Shown here: positions 25,752-27,832 of the stretch, piece after piece
How the letters are laid out: the number at the start of each line of letters is the position of its first letter
Position numbering within the stretch: position 1 is the stretch's first letter
IMG/VR virus record: IMGVR_UViG_3300044300_000577
Span: 1 to 27,832 of that record
From: a virus
Lineage: Duplodnaviria > Caudoviricetes
Strand: one strand, 5' to 3'
Length of the DNA: 27,832 bases
Translations under genes and position numbers: made by a program
Notes under the pieces: model-generated
Databases searched by the model: none
What the model was told of the DNA's origin: nothing
The model's input: only the letters and a program-made list of their open reading frames with translations

Positions 25752-26548
25752 TATAAACTCTCTATGTTGAGAGGACTAATAACACAATTAAATCCTCCTC
25801 CTGTTGCGGTGCCTGTTGCAGCACTAGGTAATGTTAATGTAAAACTATTATAATCTGTTACCGTTGTGTTAGCATCGTTAACATAACTTGTTCCTACTAA
25901 AGAAGCAACTTTAAATGACCCATAGACCGTGGCTCCGGAATCATGGGCGCTAGCTGTAGATGCAGATGGAGTAAATCCTCTATAAGGAGAAGATGTTCCA
26001 CGTGTACATCCAGTTAAATTATTGCTAGACCTACCTGTATATTGAATTACTTCGTTTTCATATAAACCAGTAGTACTGTTTATTTTTTTAATCATAATAA
26101 ATCCAGATGTTGGAAAATTAGATCCATCAGTTAAAGTTATCGTAGTTGCACTATCAGTAATGTTTCCATTTAAAGTTGTCTGTATTTGAAACTTATCAAC
26201 GGTTACTCCACCGACCGCACTTTTAACAGCAGTAAATCTTAAAACATCATCAACTTCTAATTGTCCATTTGGAAATAAAACTGTTAGAGTTGTGTTAGAT
26301 GCAGTTGTAAAAGGATTATCTGGTAAAAAATCTTGTGTTCCAAACTCTGTTCGAGCTGGTCTTGCTCTTTGTAAAGCTTGTGGATCTGCACTTGTAGGTT
26401 TAGGATCTAACTGTGGCTGTTTAGGCTCGTATTCTGAAACATGTACCCATGCTCCATTCCATTCTCTAACCATTTCATTATATGGAAAAGCCATACCTGA
26501 TCTATCAGATATTGCTAAAGCATATTTACCTTGTGAAAAAGTAGTCAT
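25751..26548 (-). CDS. Virion neck-associated protein with nested beta-domain insertions (265 aa)
   Basis: Compact N-terminal region GKYALAISDRSG...YEPKQPQL...ARP followed by Thr-rich beta-domains. Confidence 0.6.
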   Translation of the reverse strand: MTTFSQGKYALAISDRSGMAFPYNEMVREWNGAWVHVSEYEPKQPQLDPKPTSADPQALQRARPARTEFGTQDFLPDNPFTTASNTTLTVLFPNGQLEVDDVLRFTAVKSAVGGVTVDKFQIQTTLNGNITDSATTITLTDGSNFPTSGFIMIKKINSTTGLYENEVIQYTGRSSNNLTGCTRGTSSPYRGFTPSASTASAHDSGATVYGSFKVASLVGTSYVNDANTTVTDYNSFTLTLPSAATGTATGGGFNCVISPLNIESL

Positions 26549-27492
26549 TAACCAATCCCCGGATAGTAAATTTTAGGTGAAATATAAGTAGAGTTAGAAG
26601 AACCATCTTCATCTTCAGCTCTTAACAATTCATCTTCATATAATAATTTTAATTCTTGTACTCTTTGTGGAGCAAATTTAACTGCTAGATAGTATGCTAA
26701 TCCTGCAATCATACATGGAACAAATCTATAAGGAACATCAGTTGCATTTGTGTATGCACCTACATCATCAATTCTTTTTGTATAATAAAAATTAATATAA
26801 TTTCCATCTTGAGCTGCACCTGGAGTTAAATATAAAGTCATCGTAACTTTATCTACAAATCTCTGTACCCAATATTGGGTAGGTAAACCTTTATCAGTTT
26901 TATTAGAAAAACCTTGGTACTGTGATCTACTAATTTTTGTCATAGGTGTATCAACTGAAGTTGATTTAACTCTATAGTCTGCTTCTTGAATATCTGTCAT
27001 ACCAACTGGAAACTGTAATACGGCATCAGAAGTGCTATGAGTAGCTGCTGTGCTACCATTAATTCCTCTAGTGCATCCTGTTAAATTTAAACTAGAGATT
27101 CCTGTGTATGAAATTTGTTCTGTTCCAATAGTTATTACACCACCTGTTGTCGGCATACCTGTAACTGAAGCTACTCCAATTGTAGCAACACTTGCATTTA
27201 TTCCTGCAGATAATGTAGTTGAAATACCACTTGATGTCCCATCAGATGGTGAACGATAAAAAGTGTAAACAGCTTGACCGTCTACCAATGCAATGTTTTG
27301 ATTTTTTACTTCCCAAAATTGAAGTCCTCTATTACCCCATTCAGAAAATAAAATATTTAATGATCTTCTAGCAGTCTTAAGCTGATGTCCAGCTGTACCT
27401 TGCATACCAATACGCTCGTATGCATCTTCTATAATTTCGTCTATGCCTAGGTTCTTATCAAAAACATAAGAGCCGGAAGTCGTGTTAGCCAT
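26548..27492 (-). CDS. Head-tail adaptor (tail tubular protein A / gatekeeper-like) with inserted beta-domain (314 aa)
   Basis: IDEIIEDAYER...ARRSLNILFSEWGNRG; GLPTQYW...LYLTP; VPYRFVPCMIAGLAYYLA; GGAGG RBS. Confidence 0.65.
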   Translation of the reverse strand: MANTTSGSYVFDKNLGIDEIIEDAYERIGMQGTAGHQLKTARRSLNILFSEWGNRGLQFWEVKNQNIALVDGQAVYTFYRSPSDGTSSGISTTLSAGINASVATIGVASVTGMPTTGGVITIGTEQISYTGISSLNLTGCTRGINGSTAATHSTSDAVLQFPVGMTDIQEADYRVKSTSVDTPMTKISRSQYQGFSNKTDKGLPTQYWVQRFVDKVTMTLYLTPGAAQDGNYINFYYTKRIDDVGAYTNATDVPYRFVPCMIAGLAYYLAVKFAPQRVQELKLLYEDELLRAEDEDGSSNSTYISPKIYYPGIG

Positions 27493-27500
27493 CTAACCTC

Positions 27501-27821
27501 CTACCCGTCGTAGAATACTGTTAAACCTGTAATGTCGCCTTGGTCAGCAGTTAAATACGCTCCATTAGGAAATAATACTCCATCATCTGGAATATATGGA
27601 TCTAGATCTCCTGCACTTGCAGATAAAGTTAGTAACGCTGTTCCAGTTGCAGAACTGTCTCTAAAAGTTAAATTTCCTGCACCAGCTAAAACACCGTGCA
27701 TTCCTCTTATTCTAGTTCTTCCACCAAAAATAATTGATACTAAGTCACCAGCACCACCTAAAACACCCGCAGAAGTATTAGTTCCAACAGCTGCGCTAGC
27801 AGCAATTTGTGTAACAGTATC
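27501..27821 (-). CDS. 3' part of a virion structural protein, 5'-truncated (at least 106 codons)
   Basis: The frame stays open 40 codons upstream of the track's ATG (DTVTQIAASAAVGTNTSAGVLGGAGDLVSIIFGGRTRIRG-MHGV...) with coding-like codon usage, up to a TGA at 27824-27822. Confidence 0.6.
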   Translation of the reverse strand, partial: DTVTQIAASAAVGTNTSAGVLGGAGDLVSIIFGGRTRIRGMHGVLAGAGNLTFRDSSATGTALLTLSASAGDLDPYIPDDGVLFPNGAYLTADQGDITGLTVFYDG

Positions 27822-27832
27822 TCATTCCTTCT

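Larger units (their letters stand above)
1..27832 (-). mobile_element. Virion morphogenesis (neck/tail/ejection) region of a tailed phage, probably a podovirus-type pelagiphage
   Basis: All credible genes are co-oriented, dense and overlapping. The order is adaptor-tail-fibre-nozzle-internal proteins-holin. The DNA is AT-rich and carries the 2OG-Fe(II) oxygenase/sulfotransferase cluster typical of marine phages. The lineage call comes from memory of protein families. Confidence 0.85.

Overview
This window is a 27.8-kb piece of a low-GC tailed phage genome. It most likely belongs to a marine podovirus-type pelagiphage (SAR11 phage; my best guess is the HTVC023P / vSAG 37-F6-like lineage, from recalled protein families, not a search). 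All real genes lie on the minus strand and are tightly coupled. In transcription order (right to left) they are: neck/head-tail adaptor genes; a small tail protein; a WG-repeat fibre-like protein; a tail fibre; an accessory island; the tail nozzle protein; small virion proteins; a set of internal/ejection proteins ending in a 1336-aa protein; and a holin-like gene. The island holds three paralogous 12-blade Kelch-like double beta-propellers, two partner proteins, a sulfotransferase, a ParB/Srx-like protein and four 2OG-Fe(II) oxygenases. Three signals stand out. (1) A short [YFLMH]-x-x-G-G(-R-[VIA]-G) tag is scattered over four internal proteins, and one of them also carries a domain resembling the lambda gpH C-terminus; together these suggest a tag-and-reader or tag-and-protease system for ejection cargo. 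(2) Pro-rich propeller adhesins sit next to a separately promoted hydroxylase/sulfotransferase cluster, a candidate virion-modification system. (3) One ~68-aa mobile beta-domain is inserted in three different virion proteins. I found no RNA genes, CRISPR arrays, integrase or reverse transcriptase.
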